The translations under genes and the position numbers were made by a program. A DNA stretch of 22,654 nucleotides, from the NCBI GenBank assembly GCA_031551405.1, contig JAVBNQ010000003.1, forward strand, positions 186,001 through 208,654. The letters run 5' to 3'. The notes beneath the pieces were generated by a model that had not been told where the DNA came from, made no database searches, and worked only from the letters and a program-made list of their open reading frames with translations. Of this stretch, positions 7,597 through 18,131 are shown in pieces. Positions within the stretch are counted from its first letter, which is position 1; each line of letters begins with the position of its first letter. The stretch comes from a bacterium. GTDB lineage: Bacteria > RUG730.

Positions 7597-8592
7597 TTAA
7601 ATATTTTTTATATCCATTCCTAGATTAAGACCCAATTCTTGTAATTTCTCACGAATTTCATCTAACGATTTTCTACCAAAATTTTTATACGAAAGAAGTT
7701 CATTTTCTTTTTTTGAAACCAACTCTTTAATCTTATAAATTTTTGCACTTTTTAAACAATTTGCGCTTCTAACAGATAATTCAATTACCTCTACAGATTG
7801 TTCAAACAAATCTTTAATTTTCTCAGCAGAATGTTCTTGTTCAACCTCTTTCTTCTCGACTTTTTCGCTTGAATAACCGACTAAAAGATCTTTGTCTTCC
7901 TCAAAATTTATGAAAATATTCATTGAATCTTTCAAAATTTTTGCAGAGTATGCCAAAGCATCTTCTGGTTTTATTGATCCATCAGTCCAAATTTCTATGA
8001 TCAGTCTATCATAATCGATCAAATGCCCGACTCGAGCACTTTCTACCTCGTAATTTACTTTTATTACCGGCGAAAAAATCGCGTCTATCGCTATTGCATT
8101 AACAGGCAACTCCGATTTATCATTTTCCTCAATCGACAAATAACCGCGTCCTCTATTCACATATATTTCCATTTCAAGCTCTGCGTTTATATCCAAATTT
8201 GCAATCACGAGTTCCTTATTTATGACTTCAATATTTGAGTTTGAAATGATATCTCCGGCAACAACAGCTCCTCGACCTTTTTTATGAAGCTTTAAAATTT
8301 GCAAGTCTTTTGAGTCTGATTTAAAACGAACTTGCTTTAAATTCAAAATTATCTGCATTACATCTTCTGCAACACCCGGCAAAACTGAATATTCATGAGG
8401 TGCATTATTGATTTTTACTGCAGTAATTGCATTACCCTCAAGAGAAGACAATAAAAGACGCCTTAAAGAATTTCCAATTGTGTGCCCATATCCTGGTTCA
8501 AAAGGCTCTGCAAAAAACTTACCATAAGAATTTGTCAAAGAATTAACATCAGCTTGCAAATTATTTGGAATTACTAAATTTTTTAATTTCAT
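7597..8592 (-). CDS. rpoA: RNA polymerase alpha subunit
   Basis: EPFEPGYGHTIGNSLRRLLLSS, DAIFSPV, LSVRSANCL, KNFGRKSL. Confidence 0.98.
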   Translation of the reverse strand: MKLKNLVIPNNLQADVNSLTNSYGKFFAEPFEPGYGHTIGNSLRRLLLSSLEGNAITAVKINNAPHEYSVLPGVAEDVMQIILNLKQVRFKSDSKDLQILKLHKKGRGAVVAGDIISNSNIEVINKELVIANLDINAELEMEIYVNRGRGYLSIEENDKSELPVNAIAIDAIFSPVIKVNYEVESARVGHLIDYDRLIIEIWTDGSIKPEDALAYSAKILKDSMNIFINFEEDKDLLVGYSSEKVEKKEVEQEHSAEKIKDLFEQSVEVIELSVRSANCLKSAKIYKIKELVSKKENELLSYKNFGRKSLDEIREKLQELGLNLGMDIKNI

Positions 8593-8655
8593 ATTTCAAA
8601 ACCGCCCTTATGAATTTTTTTAAATACAAATACTCTCACAGAATTATTTCAAAAA

Positions 8656-9291
8656 TTATTTCGAGTATAACTCTACTATGAGCTGCTCTTTTACAGGAGT
8701 TGTAATATCAGCTCTATTCGGTAACCTTACAACTTTTGCCTCAAAATTTTCTAAATTAATAGTAATCCATGACGGAACTGTTGCAGTATTTACACTTTTA
8801 CTTTCTTTTAATTCTTTAAAAATCAACATTTCTTGACTATTGTCTTTAATTTTTACAACATCATTTTCTTTAAGTAAAAAAGAAGGCTTGTCTACTCTTT
8901 TGCCATTTACTAAAACATGTCCGTGCACAACCAACTGTCTAGCTGAATTTTTAGATTTTAAAAAACCTGTTTTAACTAGAAAATTATCAAGTCTTCTTTC
9001 AATAAAGACAAGCAAATTTTCACCAGTCTGACCATCTTTCTTTTCAGCTAACTCAAAATATTTTTTAAATTGCTTTTCCAAAATACAATAATATCTCTTT
9101 GCTTTTTGTTTTTCTCTCAATTGTAACCCATATTCCGAAACCCTCATTGACCTAGCTGTTCCATGCTGACCCGGAGCAAAAGCCCGTTTTTCCATAGCAC
9201 ATTTATATGAATTACATCTATCAGCTTTTAAAAATAACTTCAAACCTTCTCGTCTACATAATCTACAAACTGAACCTATATATCTAGCCAA
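8656..9291 (-). CDS. rpsD: 30S ribosomal protein S4 (Cys/Zn type)
   Basis: MARYIGSVCRLCRREG, YGLQLREKQK, ERRLDN, IVELYSK. TTG start with GGAGG RBS. Confidence 0.98.
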   Translation of the reverse strand: MARYIGSVCRLCRREGLKLFLKADRCNSYKCAMEKRAFAPGQHGTARSMRVSEYGLQLREKQKAKRYYCILEKQFKKYFELAEKKDGQTGENLLVFIERRLDNFLVKTGFLKSKNSARQLVVHGHVLVNGKRVDKPSFLLKENDVVKIKDNSQEMLIFKELKESKSVNTATVPSWITINLENFEAKVVRLPNRADITTPVKEQLIVELYSK

Positions 9292-9363
9292 CCTAGTAGC
9301 CTCCTTAAAAGAATTTTACAATATAATTTTTTAATATATTTTTTTATTATTTTGGCGGGAAAA

Positions 9364-9771
9364 TTACACTCGTCTTTGTTTCGGAGGTCTGCAACCATTA
9401 TGAGGAAGCGGCGTGATATCCTTTAAAGACAAAATATTTAATCCAACAGCCTGAAGAGCTCTAATACTGGTTTCTCGACCAGATCCAGGCCCTTTTACAT
9501 TCACTTCAACATTTCTAATCCCTAAATCAAATGCTTTTTTTGCAGCTTGTTCAGAAGCTTGTTGTGCCGCGAAAGGAGTACCTTTTCTGGTTCCTTTAAA
9601 TCCCAAAGCTCCAGATGATGCCCAACATAACGGTTCTCCAAATTCATTTGTGATAGTGATGAGCGTATTGTTAAAGGAAGATTTTATATAAACTCTTCCA
9701 TTTACAGTAATCTTTGCTTTTATTTGTTTTTTAGTTTTTTTTACTGATGAAGTATTTTTGCTTACAGCCAC
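9364..9771 (-). CDS. rpsK: 30S ribosomal protein S11
   Basis: [33 protein letters not shown]. Confidence 0.98.
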   Translation of the reverse strand: MAVSKNTSSVKKTKKQIKAKITVNGRVYIKSSFNNTLITITNEFGEPLCWASSGALGFKGTRKGTPFAAQQASEQAAKKAFDLGIRNVEVNVKGPGSGRETSIRALQAVGLNILSLKDITPLPHNGCRPPKQRRV

Positions 9772-9799
9772 TTATTTATAACCCTCCTAGAGTTTAATT

Positions 9800-10147
9800 T
9801 TAAAATTTTTTCCCACGACGAGTTCTAGAGTTTGTCTTTGTTCTTTGTCCTCTGCAAGGCAAATTATTTCTGTGTCTCAAACCTCGATAAGATTTTATAT
9901 CTTTAAGTCGTCGAATATTTTGGGAAACTTCTCTTCTCAAATCTCCTTCGACTTTATAATTTTTTGTTAAAATATTTGTGATTCGGCCTACTTCTTGTTC
10001 TGTCAAATCTTTAACTCGCGTGTCAATGTTCACTTCCGCTTCTTCCAAAATCTTTTGCGACGTCTTCAGACCAACACCATAAACATATGTCAACCCAATT
10101 TCAACTCTTTTATTTTTTGGTAAATCTATCCCAGCTATTCTCGCCAT
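9800..10147 (-). CDS. rpsM: 30S ribosomal protein S13
   Basis: [28 protein letters not shown]. Confidence 0.98.
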   Translation of the reverse strand: MARIAGIDLPKNKRVEIGLTYVYGVGLKTSQKILEEAEVNIDTRVKDLTEQEVGRITNILTKNYKVEGDLRREVSQNIRRLKDIKSYRGLRHRNNLPCRGQRTKTNSRTRRGKKF

Positions 10148-10164
10148 ATTATAAGTCCTCCGAA

Positions 10165-10278
10165 CTAACCTTGTTTTTGTTTATGTTTTGGATTTTCACA
10201 AATCACGCGCAAAACATTTTTTCTTTTTACTATTTTGCATTTAGCACAAATTTTCTTGACTGATGCTCTCACTTTCAT
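10165..10278 (-). CDS. rpmJ: 50S ribosomal protein L36 (not in the ORF track)
   Basis: Manual translation [45 protein letters not shown], canonical position between infA and rpsM. Confidence 0.97.
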   Translation of the reverse strand: MKVRASVKKICAKCKIVKRKNVLRVICENPKHKQKQG

Positions 10279-10296
10279 AAAGATATTTCCTCCGGG

Positions 10297-10515
10297 TTAT
10301 TTCCCTCTATAAGTAATTCGTCCTCTCGATAAATCGTAAGGAGACAACTCAATTTTGACAGTATCGCCTGGTAAAATTTTAATAAAATGCATCCGCATCT
10401 TTCCAGAAATATGAGCCAAAACTTTATGACCATTTTCTAATTCAACTTTGAAAGTTGCGTTAGGCAAAGCTTCAATAATTGTGCCTTCAACCTCTATTTT
10501 TTCAGTATTTACCAT
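10297..10515 (-). CDS. infA: Translation initiation factor IF-1
   Basis: [36 protein letters not shown]. Confidence 0.98.
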   Translation of the reverse strand: MVNTEKIEVEGTIIEALPNATFKVELENGHKVLAHISGKMRMHFIKILPGDTVKIELSPYDLSRGRITYRGK

Positions 10516-10530
10516 AATTTTTTTTGTCCT

Positions 10531-11283
10531 CTAAAAGCTTGTCAAAATTTCTGGACCATTTTTAGTAACCAAAACAGTATGTTCGAAGTGCGCTGAGTTT
10601 GAGCCATCTAACGTCACAACTGTCCAGTCATCACCCAAGATTCCTGTTCGCCAATCTCCAACATTAATCATTGGTTCTATCGCAAAAACCATTCCCTCTT
10701 GAATCTTTAATCCGGTTTTTGGAACCCCATAATTCAAAATTTCAGGTTTTTCGTGCAAGCTCGTTCCAATTCCATGCCCGACATATTCTCGTACAACAGA
10801 AAAATTTGTTTTTTTTGCAATCGAATCAACTGCGTTTCCAATGTCTCCGAGATAATTATCAACAACGCAATGTTTTATTCCCTCATCCAACGCAAGCTTT
10901 GTAGTCTCAATCAGCTTTTTGTCAGACTCAGAAATGTTTTCAATCGGAACTGTAACAGCCATATCCGAAAAATATCCGTCATAACAAATTCCAATATCTA
11001 TCGACAAAATATCGCCATTTTTCAAAAAACGAGATTTTGATGGAATACCATGAACAATTTCATTATTAATTGAAGCGCAAATACTGGCTGGAAATCCGTT
11101 GTAATTCAAAAAAGCTGGTTTTGCGTCTGAATTTAAAATTAATTCGTAAGCAATATCATCTAGTTTTTTCGTAGTAATATTAACTTTTACTTCTTTGAGC
11201 AAGTTGCGCATAATTTGGGAAAGAATCTTCCCAGATTTTCGCATTTTATTTTGCTCATCGAAACTTTTTATTAAACTTGGCAT
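10531..11283 (-). CDS. map: Methionine aminopeptidase type I
   Basis: CASINNEIVHGIP, DIG, D-MAVT, GHGIG, EPM, SAHFEHT. Confidence 0.97.
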   Translation of the reverse strand: MPSLIKSFDEQNKMRKSGKILSQIMRNLLKEVKVNITTKKLDDIAYELILNSDAKPAFLNYNGFPASICASINNEIVHGIPSKSRFLKNGDILSIDIGICYDGYFSDMAVTVPIENISESDKKLIETTKLALDEGIKHCVVDNYLGDIGNAVDSIAKKTNFSVVREYVGHGIGTSLHEKPEILNYGVPKTGLKIQEGMVFAIEPMINVGDWRTGILGDDWTVVTLDGSNSAHFEHTVLVTKNGPEILTSF

Positions 11284-11927
11284 TGTTCGCCAACCAAAAT
11301 TTTTTTTATAAAACTAAAAATAGCTTCAATTGAATTTGAAGCATTGATCACTTCTAGTAAATTTCTCTCTCTGTAAAAATCAACAAGAGGTGCGGTTTCG
11401 GATTGATAAATTTTAAGACGATTCAAAATCACATCGTGATTATCATCCATTCGCTGCTCTAACTCACCAAAACAAAAATCGCATCTATTTTCTTTATCTG
11501 TTGGATTAAAATAAATATTGTACTCTCTTTTGCAACTCTTACAAACTCTGCGACCGGAAAGCCTTTTTAAAATATCCTCTTCTCTCAAATTTAAGTAAAT
11601 AACTTTTTTCAGTACAGCGCCGGTTGTTTCTAAATATTTTTCAAACAAGTTAGCTTGATTAATATTCCTCGGAAATCCATCTAAAACATATTTTTTTGAT
11701 TCTTTTATTTTTTCTAAAACCAAATCAAAAACTAAAGCGTCATTGAGGAAAAAACCTTTTGAAATAATATCGTTTATTTTTTGTCCTAATTCGCTTTTTT
11801 CATTAATAATTTGCCTCAACAACTCACCGGATGAAATATGAGTATAACCTAATTCATCTACAAGTAATTTTGCTTGAGTTCCCTTCCCACTGCCTGGCAC
11901 ACCAAATAAAATTATGAATTCTTTCAT
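11271..11927 (-). CDS. adk: Adenylate kinase (Zn-binding LID)
   Basis: GVPGSGKGTQ P-loop, LDGFPR, RRVCKSC...RCDFC, QRMDD. Confidence 0.97.
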   Translation of the reverse strand: MKEFIILFGVPGSGKGTQAKLLVDELGYTHISSGELLRQIINEKSELGQKINDIISKGFFLNDALVFDLVLEKIKESKKYVLDGFPRNINQANLFEKYLETTGAVLKKVIYLNLREEDILKRLSGRRVCKSCKREYNIYFNPTDKENRCDFCFGELEQRMDDNHDVILNRLKIYQSETAPLVDFYRERNLLEVINASNSIEAIFSFIKKILVGEQCQV

Positions 11928-13246
11928 TTTGAATTAAAATATCGTCCGCGGATCCTGCCGCTATCCATGAAGCCTTCATAGCGCCTAGTAATCAAGTGCG
12001 ATTCTAATTGTCCCATTGTATCTAGTCCGACTCCAACCGCAATTAACAAAGCTGTGCCGCCAAAATGAAATGGGATATTGAAAAATGCTCGCAAAATATC
12101 AGGCATAATAGCAAGAAGCGCAATAAAAATAGCACCAAAAAAAGTTATTCTTATCAAAACGTATTCTATATATTTTGCAGTTGGTTCGCCAGGTCTTACT
12201 CCTGCAATAAAACCACCGGATTTCTTCATATTTTCCGCTAAATCGTTAGGATTGAAAGTGATGGAAGTATAGAAATAACAGAAAAAAATGATAAGGGCAG
12301 CATAAATAATGTGATATAGTATCCCTGCGTGTGACCAAAGAGCCAGTATTTTTTTTGACATAGGTTGGTCCGGGAAAAACTGCGCTATTGTGAGCGGAAA
12401 AGAAATAATCGAAACTGCAAAAATAACCGCTATTACTCCTGATTGATCGACTTTAATTGGCAAAAATGAAGTTTGCCCGCCAACCATTTCATTCCCAGAA
12501 TAACGTTTCGGATATTGAATAGGGATTCTTCTCTGGGCTTGCTCAACTCTCACAACTAAGGCCGTAGCAATCAAAATTATCGCAGTGATAATTAGGACGG
12601 TAAAAATAGAAATTCCCTCGCTCTGCAATAATAAGAATATATTTTTTATGGCTCCTGGAAGTCTATCGATAATTCCAGCAAAAATAATCATTGAAACACC
12701 ATTTCCAATGCCTTTTTCAGTAATTCGTTCTCCGAGCCACATTATAAAAACTGTTCCTGTAGTCAAAGTAATAACAGAAATTAATTGAAATTTCAGTCCA
12801 GATTCTAAAACAACCGGACTTCCGTTAGGAGCCTTCATTGCCATTATCATAAAAGTGAGTCCAAAAGATTGAATTAATCCCAAAATCAAAGTCCCATATC
12901 TTGAAATTTGGATTAATTTTTTTCTGCCTTCTTCCCCTTCTTTCGATAGTTTTTCAAAATAAGGAATTATCGTTTGCAACAAAGACACGATAATTGAAGT
13001 GTTAATATAAGGCATAACACCCATAGAAAAAATAGAAAATTTATTGAGGGCCCCACCGGAAAACATATCCAAGAAACCAAATAAAGTATTATTTTGATTT
13101 GCAAAAAAAGCTCTCAGTGCAGTACCATCAATTCCAGGAGTTGGGATAGCTGTTCCAATTCTGTAAACAATAATTATAGCTAAAGTAAAAAAAATCTTTT
13201 TTCTCAGTTCTTTAATTTTAAAAACTTCAGACAAATTTTTTATCAT
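11924..13246 (-). CDS. secY: Preprotein translocase SecY
   Basis: FSGGAL, GVMPYI, WLGERITEKGIGNG, GVRPGEPT, FGGTALLI, multiple TM segments. Confidence 0.98.
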   Translation of the reverse strand: MIKNLSEVFKIKELRKKIFFTLAIIIVYRIGTAIPTPGIDGTALRAFFANQNNTLFGFLDMFSGGALNKFSIFSMGVMPYINTSIIVSLLQTIIPYFEKLSKEGEEGRKKLIQISRYGTLILGLIQSFGLTFMIMAMKAPNGSPVVLESGLKFQLISVITLTTGTVFIMWLGERITEKGIGNGVSMIIFAGIIDRLPGAIKNIFLLLQSEGISIFTVLIITAIILIATALVVRVEQAQRRIPIQYPKRYSGNEMVGGQTSFLPIKVDQSGVIAVIFAVSIISFPLTIAQFFPDQPMSKKILALWSHAGILYHIIYAALIIFFCYFYTSITFNPNDLAENMKKSGGFIAGVRPGEPTAKYIEYVLIRITFFGAIFIALLAIMPDILRAFFNIPFHFGGTALLIAVGVGLDTMGQLESHLITRRYEGFMDSGRIRGRYFNSK

Positions 13247-13263
13247 ACGACCTCTTTAAGAAG

Positions 13264-13710
13264 TTAAGCTATTATTGTGATTACACCTTTTGCTTTTTCG
13301 ATTTTTTCTTTTCCAGCTTTTGAAACCGCATGTGCTTCGATTTTTTTTGCTTTTTCTAATTCGCCATTCGCCAAAATCTTAATCTTTTGATTTTTAGTAA
13401 TAATTTTCTTTGAAATATAATCATCCAAAGTAATTGTTTCTTTACTGCCAAAAATTTTATTTATTTGAGAAAGATTCAAAGAAACAACATCTTCTTTAAA
13501 ATTAAAATTAGAAAAACCACGTTTCGGGAGACGTCTCATCAAAGGCATTTGTCCACCTTCAAATCCTACTCTAACCCCTCCTCCTGCTCGTGAATTTTGA
13601 CCATTTGATCCTCTTCCACAAGTCTTTCCGTTTCCACAACCATAGCCTCGCCCAACTCTTTTTCTATTTTTTTTTGATCCGATCGCCGGTTTTAATTCTG
13701 ACAATTTCAT
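13264..13710 (-). CDS. rplO: 50S ribosomal protein L15
   Basis: [30 protein letters not shown]. Confidence 0.98.
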   Translation of the reverse strand: MKLSELKPAIGSKKNRKRVGRGYGCGNGKTCGRGSNGQNSRAGGGVRVGFEGGQMPLMRRLPKRGFSNFNFKEDVVSLNLSQINKIFGSKETITLDDYISKKIITKNQKIKILANGELEKAKKIEAHAVSKAGKEKIEKAKGVITIIA

Positions 13711-13725
13711 TCGCTTTCTCCCAAG

Positions 13726-14253
13726 TTAATTAATTTTTCTTAAATCATTCACTACTTGTTTAGTCTGAAGCTCACTCAAAGCTTTCAAAGTCGTATAAAC
13801 AACATTGAATGGATTGTTACTTCTGAGCGATTTACTTAAAATATCTTTATATCCTGCTGCCTCTAAAACTGCTCTTACAGCGCCACCGGCAATAATCCCG
13901 GTACCAGGCGCAGCTGGTTTCAATAAAACTCTTCCTGCTCCAAACTCGCCAACTATATCGTGCGGAATTGTTGTTCCTTTAATAGGCACAGTAATCATAG
14001 TTTTTTTTGCTCGTCTTACTGCTTTTTTTATAGCTTCCTGAACTTCTTTCGCTTTTCCAACTCCACATCCAACCTTCCCTGCTTCATCTCCTACTACAAC
14101 CAAAGCGCTAAATCCAAACCTTTTTCCACCTTTTACAACCTTGGTAACTCGATTTACAGTCACAAGATTTTCTTTATAATTTTTCTCACTAGTTTCTGTA
14201 ATTACCTGAGCTGCATTTTGTTCAGTGTTTTCTAAATTTGCTGCCTCTTTCAC
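13726..14253 (-). CDS. rpsE: 30S ribosomal protein S5
   Basis: [35 protein letters not shown]. Confidence 0.98.
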   Translation of the reverse strand: MKEAANLENTEQNAAQVITETSEKNYKENLVTVNRVTKVVKGGKRFGFSALVVVGDEAGKVGCGVGKAKEVQEAIKKAVRRAKKTMITVPIKGTTIPHDIVGEFGAGRVLLKPAAPGTGIIAGGAVRAVLEAAGYKDILSKSLRSNNPFNVVYTTLKALSELQTKQVVNDLRKIN

Positions 14254-14279
14254 TCAAAATACTCCTTAGTTATAATTTT

Positions 14280-14654
14280 TTAAAAATCTATACCTTTGCT
14301 ACGAACAGCATCGGAAAAAACTTTAACTTTCCCATGATATAAATAACCGTTTCTATCAAAAACAATTTTCTTTACACCCAATTCTTGCAATTTCTCTCCA
14401 ACAAACTCGCCAAAAAGTTTACAAGATTCGATATTTTTTTTGTTTTTTTGTTTATCGAAAAGTTCATTATTAAGAGTAGAAAAAGCTTTTAATGTATGAC
14501 TTGTAGCATCATTTATGATTTGTGCATATAAATAATTCAAAGATTTTACAAAAACAAGTCTAGGCCTTTCGCTATTTCCTTCAATTTTCTTTCTAATTCT
14601 AAATTTTCTTACTTGCCGACGAACTTCTTTATTTCTTGTTAATTTCTTATCCAT
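14280..14654 (-). CDS. rplR: 50S ribosomal protein L18
   Basis: RPRL, YAQIIND, FDRNGYLYHGKV. Confidence 0.97.
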   Translation of the reverse strand: MDKKLTRNKEVRRQVRKFRIRKKIEGNSERPRLVFVKSLNYLYAQIINDATSHTLKAFSTLNNELFDKQKNKKNIESCKLFGEFVGEKLQELGVKKIVFDRNGYLYHGKVKVFSDAVRSKGIDF

Positions 14655-14669
14655 AAAAAATATCCTCTT

Positions 14670-15218
14670 CTATTTTTTGCTTGAAGCAGCTGATTTTCCT
14701 GCTTTTCTAATAATCTTTTCACCAAGATACATGATTCCTGTTCCTTTGTAAGGCTCAGGCGGACGAATCGCTCTAATCGTAGCAGCTATCTCTCCTACTT
14801 TCAATTTATCAAAACCTTCGACAGTCAACTGATTTGTTTTAGCATCTATAGAAATGTTTATTCCATCAATTATGTCTATTTCTACTGGGTGAGAATAACC
14901 TACATTTAAGACAAGCTTTTTTCCGGCAACATTAGCTTTAAAACCTATGCCTTTTATTTGCAAAACTTTCTGGAAGGGCTTTTGAAATCCATTTACCATA
15001 TTTGCAATTAAATTTCTCACCAAACCATGCAAAGATTTCACTCTATTTTCTTCACTATTTCTAGTTAAAGTTATTTTATTATTTTCATATTTTAATTTTA
15101 TTTCACTTGGAATTTCTGTCTCAAGTGAATGTTTTCCATTCGAGACTTTTATAGAATCTGAAATTTCAACTTTTAGATTACTCGGAACAATAATTTCTTT
15201 TTTACCTATTCTACTCAT
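14670..15218 (-). CDS. rplF: 50S ribosomal protein L6
   Basis: MSRIGK, GYSHP, RPPEPYKG, RKAGK. Confidence 0.98.
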   Translation of the reverse strand: MSRIGKKEIIVPSNLKVEISDSIKVSNGKHSLETEIPSEIKLKYENNKITLTRNSEENRVKSLHGLVRNLIANMVNGFQKPFQKVLQIKGIGFKANVAGKKLVLNVGYSHPVEIDIIDGINISIDAKTNQLTVEGFDKLKVGEIAATIRAIRPPEPYKGTGIMYLGEKIIRKAGKSAASSKK

Positions 15219-15235
15219 AAATTTTTACCAATCCT

Positions 15236-15634
15236 TTACCAAATATATCCTATTATTTCGCCACCGATATTTTGTTTTTTCGCTTCTCGTCCAGTCATTA
15301 AACCTTTTGAAGTAGATAAAATAGTAACACCTAGCCCGGATCTGATCTTAGGAATTCTAGCTACATCTTTATAAATCCTTAAACCCGGAGTACTTACTCT
15401 TTTTATTCCTGTGATCACTTTTTCTTTATTTTCGCCATATTTCAAAGCAATTCTCAATACTTTTTTGTTTTTTTCTTCAACTTTATTGTAATTTTTTATA
15501 AAACCTTCTTTTTTAAATATCTCAAGGATTTGCTCCTTAAATTTTGAAGCCGGAACATCTAAACTTTCGAATAATTTTGCATTTGCATTGCGAATACTAG
15601 TAAACATATTTGCGATTGGATCTGTAACTGACAT
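15236..15634 (-). CDS. rpsH: 30S ribosomal protein S8
   Basis: TDPIANM, RVSTPGLRIY, STSKG, GGE. Confidence 0.98.
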   Translation of the reverse strand: MSVTDPIANMFTSIRNANAKLFESLDVPASKFKEQILEIFKKEGFIKNYNKVEEKNKKVLRIALKYGENKEKVITGIKRVSTPGLRIYKDVARIPKIRSGLGVTILSTSKGLMTGREAKKQNIGGEIIGYIW

Positions 15635-15644
15635 TTTGCCTCCA

Positions 15645-15830
15645 TTACCAACTTGCTTTTTTTACACCAGGGATTTCAGCGCTATAAGCTCTTTCTCTGA
15701 AACAAATTCTGCATAGCCCGAAATCTCCCATATACCCTCGAGGTCTTCCACAAATTCTACATCTGTTATAATTACGAGTAGAAAATTTTTGTTCTCGTTT
15801 CTGCTTTACTATTAAACTTTTTTTCGCCAC
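15645..15830 (-). CDS. rpsN: 30S ribosomal protein S14 type Z
   Basis: 61 aa, [25 protein letters not shown]. Confidence 0.98.
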   Translation of the reverse strand: MAKKSLIVKQKREQKFSTRNYNRCRICGRPRGYMGDFGLCRICFRERAYSAEIPGVKKASW

Positions 15831-15847
15831 TTAGAATTTCCCTCCGT

Positions 15848-16393
15848 TTATTTTTTCTTTTTAAATGGCATTCCCATATTTTTTAACATTTCTCGGTTCT
15901 GCTCTATATTTTTCTGTGAACAAACAAAAGTAATATTCATTCCTCTTGCTTTGTCTGATTTATCTAGATCGATTTCAGGAAAAATATATTGCTCTTTTAT
16001 CCCCAAATTATAATTTCCATTTTGATCAAAAGCATTTGGATTCAAACCTTGAAAATCCCTAATTCTAGGAATAGAAATATTTATGAGCCTATCTAAAAAT
16101 TCATACATTTTCTTCCCTCGTAAGGTCACCATACAACCTATAGCCATGCCTTCTCGTAATTTAAAATTAGAAATTGATGTTTTTGCCTTAGTCACCAAAA
16201 CTTTCTGCCCAGAAATAGCAGTTAGTTCGCTAGTAGCAATTTCCAAAACCTTTGGATTATCTTTTGCCTCACTCAATCCTATATTTAAAACTATTTTGGT
16301 GAGTTTTGGGACTTCCATCACGTTTTTATAATTAAATTGCTTCATCAAATTAGATACGACTTTCTCTTTATACTGCGTAAGTAAACGACTCAT
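15848..16393 (-). CDS. rplE: 50S ribosomal protein L5
   Basis: VPKLTKIVLN, FKLREG, PRIRDFQG, IFPEI. Confidence 0.98.
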   Translation of the reverse strand: MSRLLTQYKEKVVSNLMKQFNYKNVMEVPKLTKIVLNIGLSEAKDNPKVLEIATSELTAISGQKVLVTKAKTSISNFKLREGMAIGCMVTLRGKKMYEFLDRLINISIPRIRDFQGLNPNAFDQNGNYNLGIKEQYIFPEIDLDKSDKARGMNITFVCSQKNIEQNREMLKNMGMPFKKKK

Positions 16394-16411
16394 CTTTTGA
16401 TACCTTCCATA

Positions 16412-16720
16412 CTAAATTATAATTTCACCACATTTCTTGCAGACTCGAACTTTTTTTGCATCACTTAAAACATCATTTTTGATTCGAGTAGGTTTACTGC
16501 ATTTCGAACAAACTAACATTAATTTTGAAATATTGATAGGAAATTCCTTTTCAATTATTCCACCCTCGTTTTGTTGAGATTTTTTTGTTGTTTTTTTCAT
16601 TAAATTAACTTTTGAAACAATTACTTTATTTTCAGAAGGAAATGATTTTAGAACTTCTCCAATTTTCCCCTTATCCTTTCCGCTCAAAACAATTACTTTA
16701 TCATTTTTTTTAATATGCAT
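16412..16720 (-). CDS. rplX: 50S ribosomal protein L24
   Basis: IKKNDKVIVLSGKDKGK, GGIIEKE, C-terminal CxxC...CxxC. Confidence 0.97.
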   Translation of the reverse strand: MHIKKNDKVIVLSGKDKGKIGEVLKSFPSENKVIVSKVNLMKKTTKKSQQNEGGIIEKEFPINISKLMLVCSKCSKPTRIKNDVLSDAKKVRVCKKCGEIII

Positions 16721-16734
16721 AATAAAAACCCTCT

Positions 16735-17103
16735 TTATAAAACTTCAGGAGCTAAAGATATAATTTTCATGTAATTTTTGTCACGCAATTCACGAGGGAT
16801 TGGCCCAAAAATTCTAGTTCCACGCGGTTCATTATTGTTATTTATTACCACTGCTCCATTTTCATCAAATCTTACGTATGATCCATCATTTCTTTTATAA
16901 GTTCTTTTCATTCGAACAACAACAGCCTTTACAACATCTCCCTTTTTAACAGCGGCACCAGGCGTTGCATCTTTAACAGCAGCAACTATGATATCGCCAA
17001 TAGTGGCATATCTTTTCTTAGAACCACCCAAAACCTTTATACACATTATTTTTTTTGCACCTGAATTATCTGCGACATTTAACATTGTTTGTTGTTGTAT
17101 CAT
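16735..17103 (-). CDS. rplN: 50S ribosomal protein L14
   Basis: [22 protein letters not shown]. Confidence 0.98.
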   Translation of the reverse strand: MIQQQTMLNVADNSGAKKIMCIKVLGGSKKRYATIGDIIVAAVKDATPGAAVKKGDVVKAVVVRMKRTYKRNDGSYVRFDENGAVVINNNNEPRGTRIFGPIPRELRDKNYMKIISLAPEVL

Positions 17104-17192
17104 TTTTATTTCTCCATTTACTAGATCATCTCTTAAACAAAAAACTTACTGTCTAATCTCGAGGAATACCTGAAATTGAAACTTAATTTTTT

Positions 17193-17222
17193 ATTATAAC
17201 AAATTTTTATATAAAATAACAA
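17193..17222 (-). promoter_or_regulatory. Candidate internal spc-operon promoter upstream of rplN
   Basis: In the only large gap (136 bp) of the cluster: minus strand TTGTTA-18 bp-TATAAT with an extended -10 (TGtTATAAT). Same position as E. coli Pspc. Confidence 0.6.
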
Positions 17223-17239
17223 GGAAAATATACTGACAA

Positions 17240-17497
17240 TCAATCAGAAATTTTTTCTATTACCTCAAGAATTTCCCAAGACTTTCTTTTACTCATTGGT
17301 CTTTTGTAAATAATTGAAACTATATCTCCAATCTTTGTCTCGTTTTTTTCGTCATGTGCCATAAATTTTGTTGTTTTAGTAACGATTTTTTCATAAAGCG
17401 GATGTTTTACTTTTCGTCTTATTTCAACAACTCTAGTTTTATCCATTTTGTCGCTTACGACTTTGCCTTGTAATTTTTTTTTCTTTTTTGTTTCCAT
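17240..17497 (-). CDS. rpsQ: 30S ribosomal protein S17
   Basis: GKVVSDKMDKT, HPLY, AHDEKN, RPMSKRK. Confidence 0.97.
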   Translation of the reverse strand: METKKKKKLQGKVVSDKMDKTRVVEIRRKVKHPLYEKIVTKTTKFMAHDEKNETKIGDIVSIIYKRPMSKRKSWEILEVIEKISD

Positions 17498-17510
17498 TAA
17501 ATTTCTCCAG

Positions 17511-17696
17511 CTATTTCAGCTCTTTTATTATAGTATTAATTCTAGCAATTTCTTTTTTTATATTGGATAATTCCATTGTATTTTTTAACATAGTTGTTTT
17601 ATGTTTAAAAGCCAGCTTGAATTTTTTCTCTTGTAACTCTTTTAATTTAGCAGTTAATTCGACTTTTGACATTTGTCTCATTTCTGTAATCTTCAT
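17511..17696 (-). CDS. rpmC: 50S ribosomal protein L29
   Basis: 61 aa, IKKEIARINT, canonical position. Confidence 0.95.
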   Translation of the reverse strand: MKITEMRQMSKVELTAKLKELQEKKFKLAFKHKTTMLKNTMELSNIKKEIARINTIIKELK

Positions 17697-17699
17697 ATT

Positions 17700-18113
17700 T
17701 TATACCGCCTGTTTTTTTATAAACCTGGTTTTGATTGGCAATTTGTGCGATGCTAAAGCCATTGCTTCTTTTGCTGTTTCTTCAGTAAGTCCATCAATTT
17801 CAAATAAAATCCTACCAGGCTTTACAACAGAAACCCAAAATTCTGGAGCTCCTTTCCCTTTTCCCATTCTAGTTTCCGCAGGTTTTTTGGTGACAGATCT
17901 GTCAGGAAAAACTCTAATCCAAAGTTTTCCGCCTTTTTTTGCATATCTGGTCAAGGCGATTCTAGAAGCTTCTATTTGCTGGCTCTTTACCCAACCCGGC
18001 TCTAACGCCTGCAAACCAAATGTTCCAAACGATATATAGCTTCCGCCTTTTACCTTTCCTTTCATTCTGCCTCGTTGCAATTTTCTATATTTTACTCTTT
18101 TAGGCATTAACAT
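17700..18113 (-). CDS. rplP: 50S ribosomal protein L16
   Basis: [31 protein letters not shown]. Confidence 0.98.
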   Translation of the reverse strand: MLMPKRVKYRKLQRGRMKGKVKGGSYISFGTFGLQALEPGWVKSQQIEASRIALTRYAKKGGKLWIRVFPDRSVTKKPAETRMGKGKGAPEFWVSVVKPGRILFEIDGLTEETAKEAMALASHKLPIKTRFIKKQAV

Positions 18114-18131
18114 TATTTTTTCTCTCCTACG

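Noticed and set aside
17488-18039. 183-aa plus-strand ORF and the other short antisense ORFs in the track
   Set aside because: They lie antisense to conserved genes (rpmC/rplP and others) and show no recognisable motifs. They are shadow ORFs.
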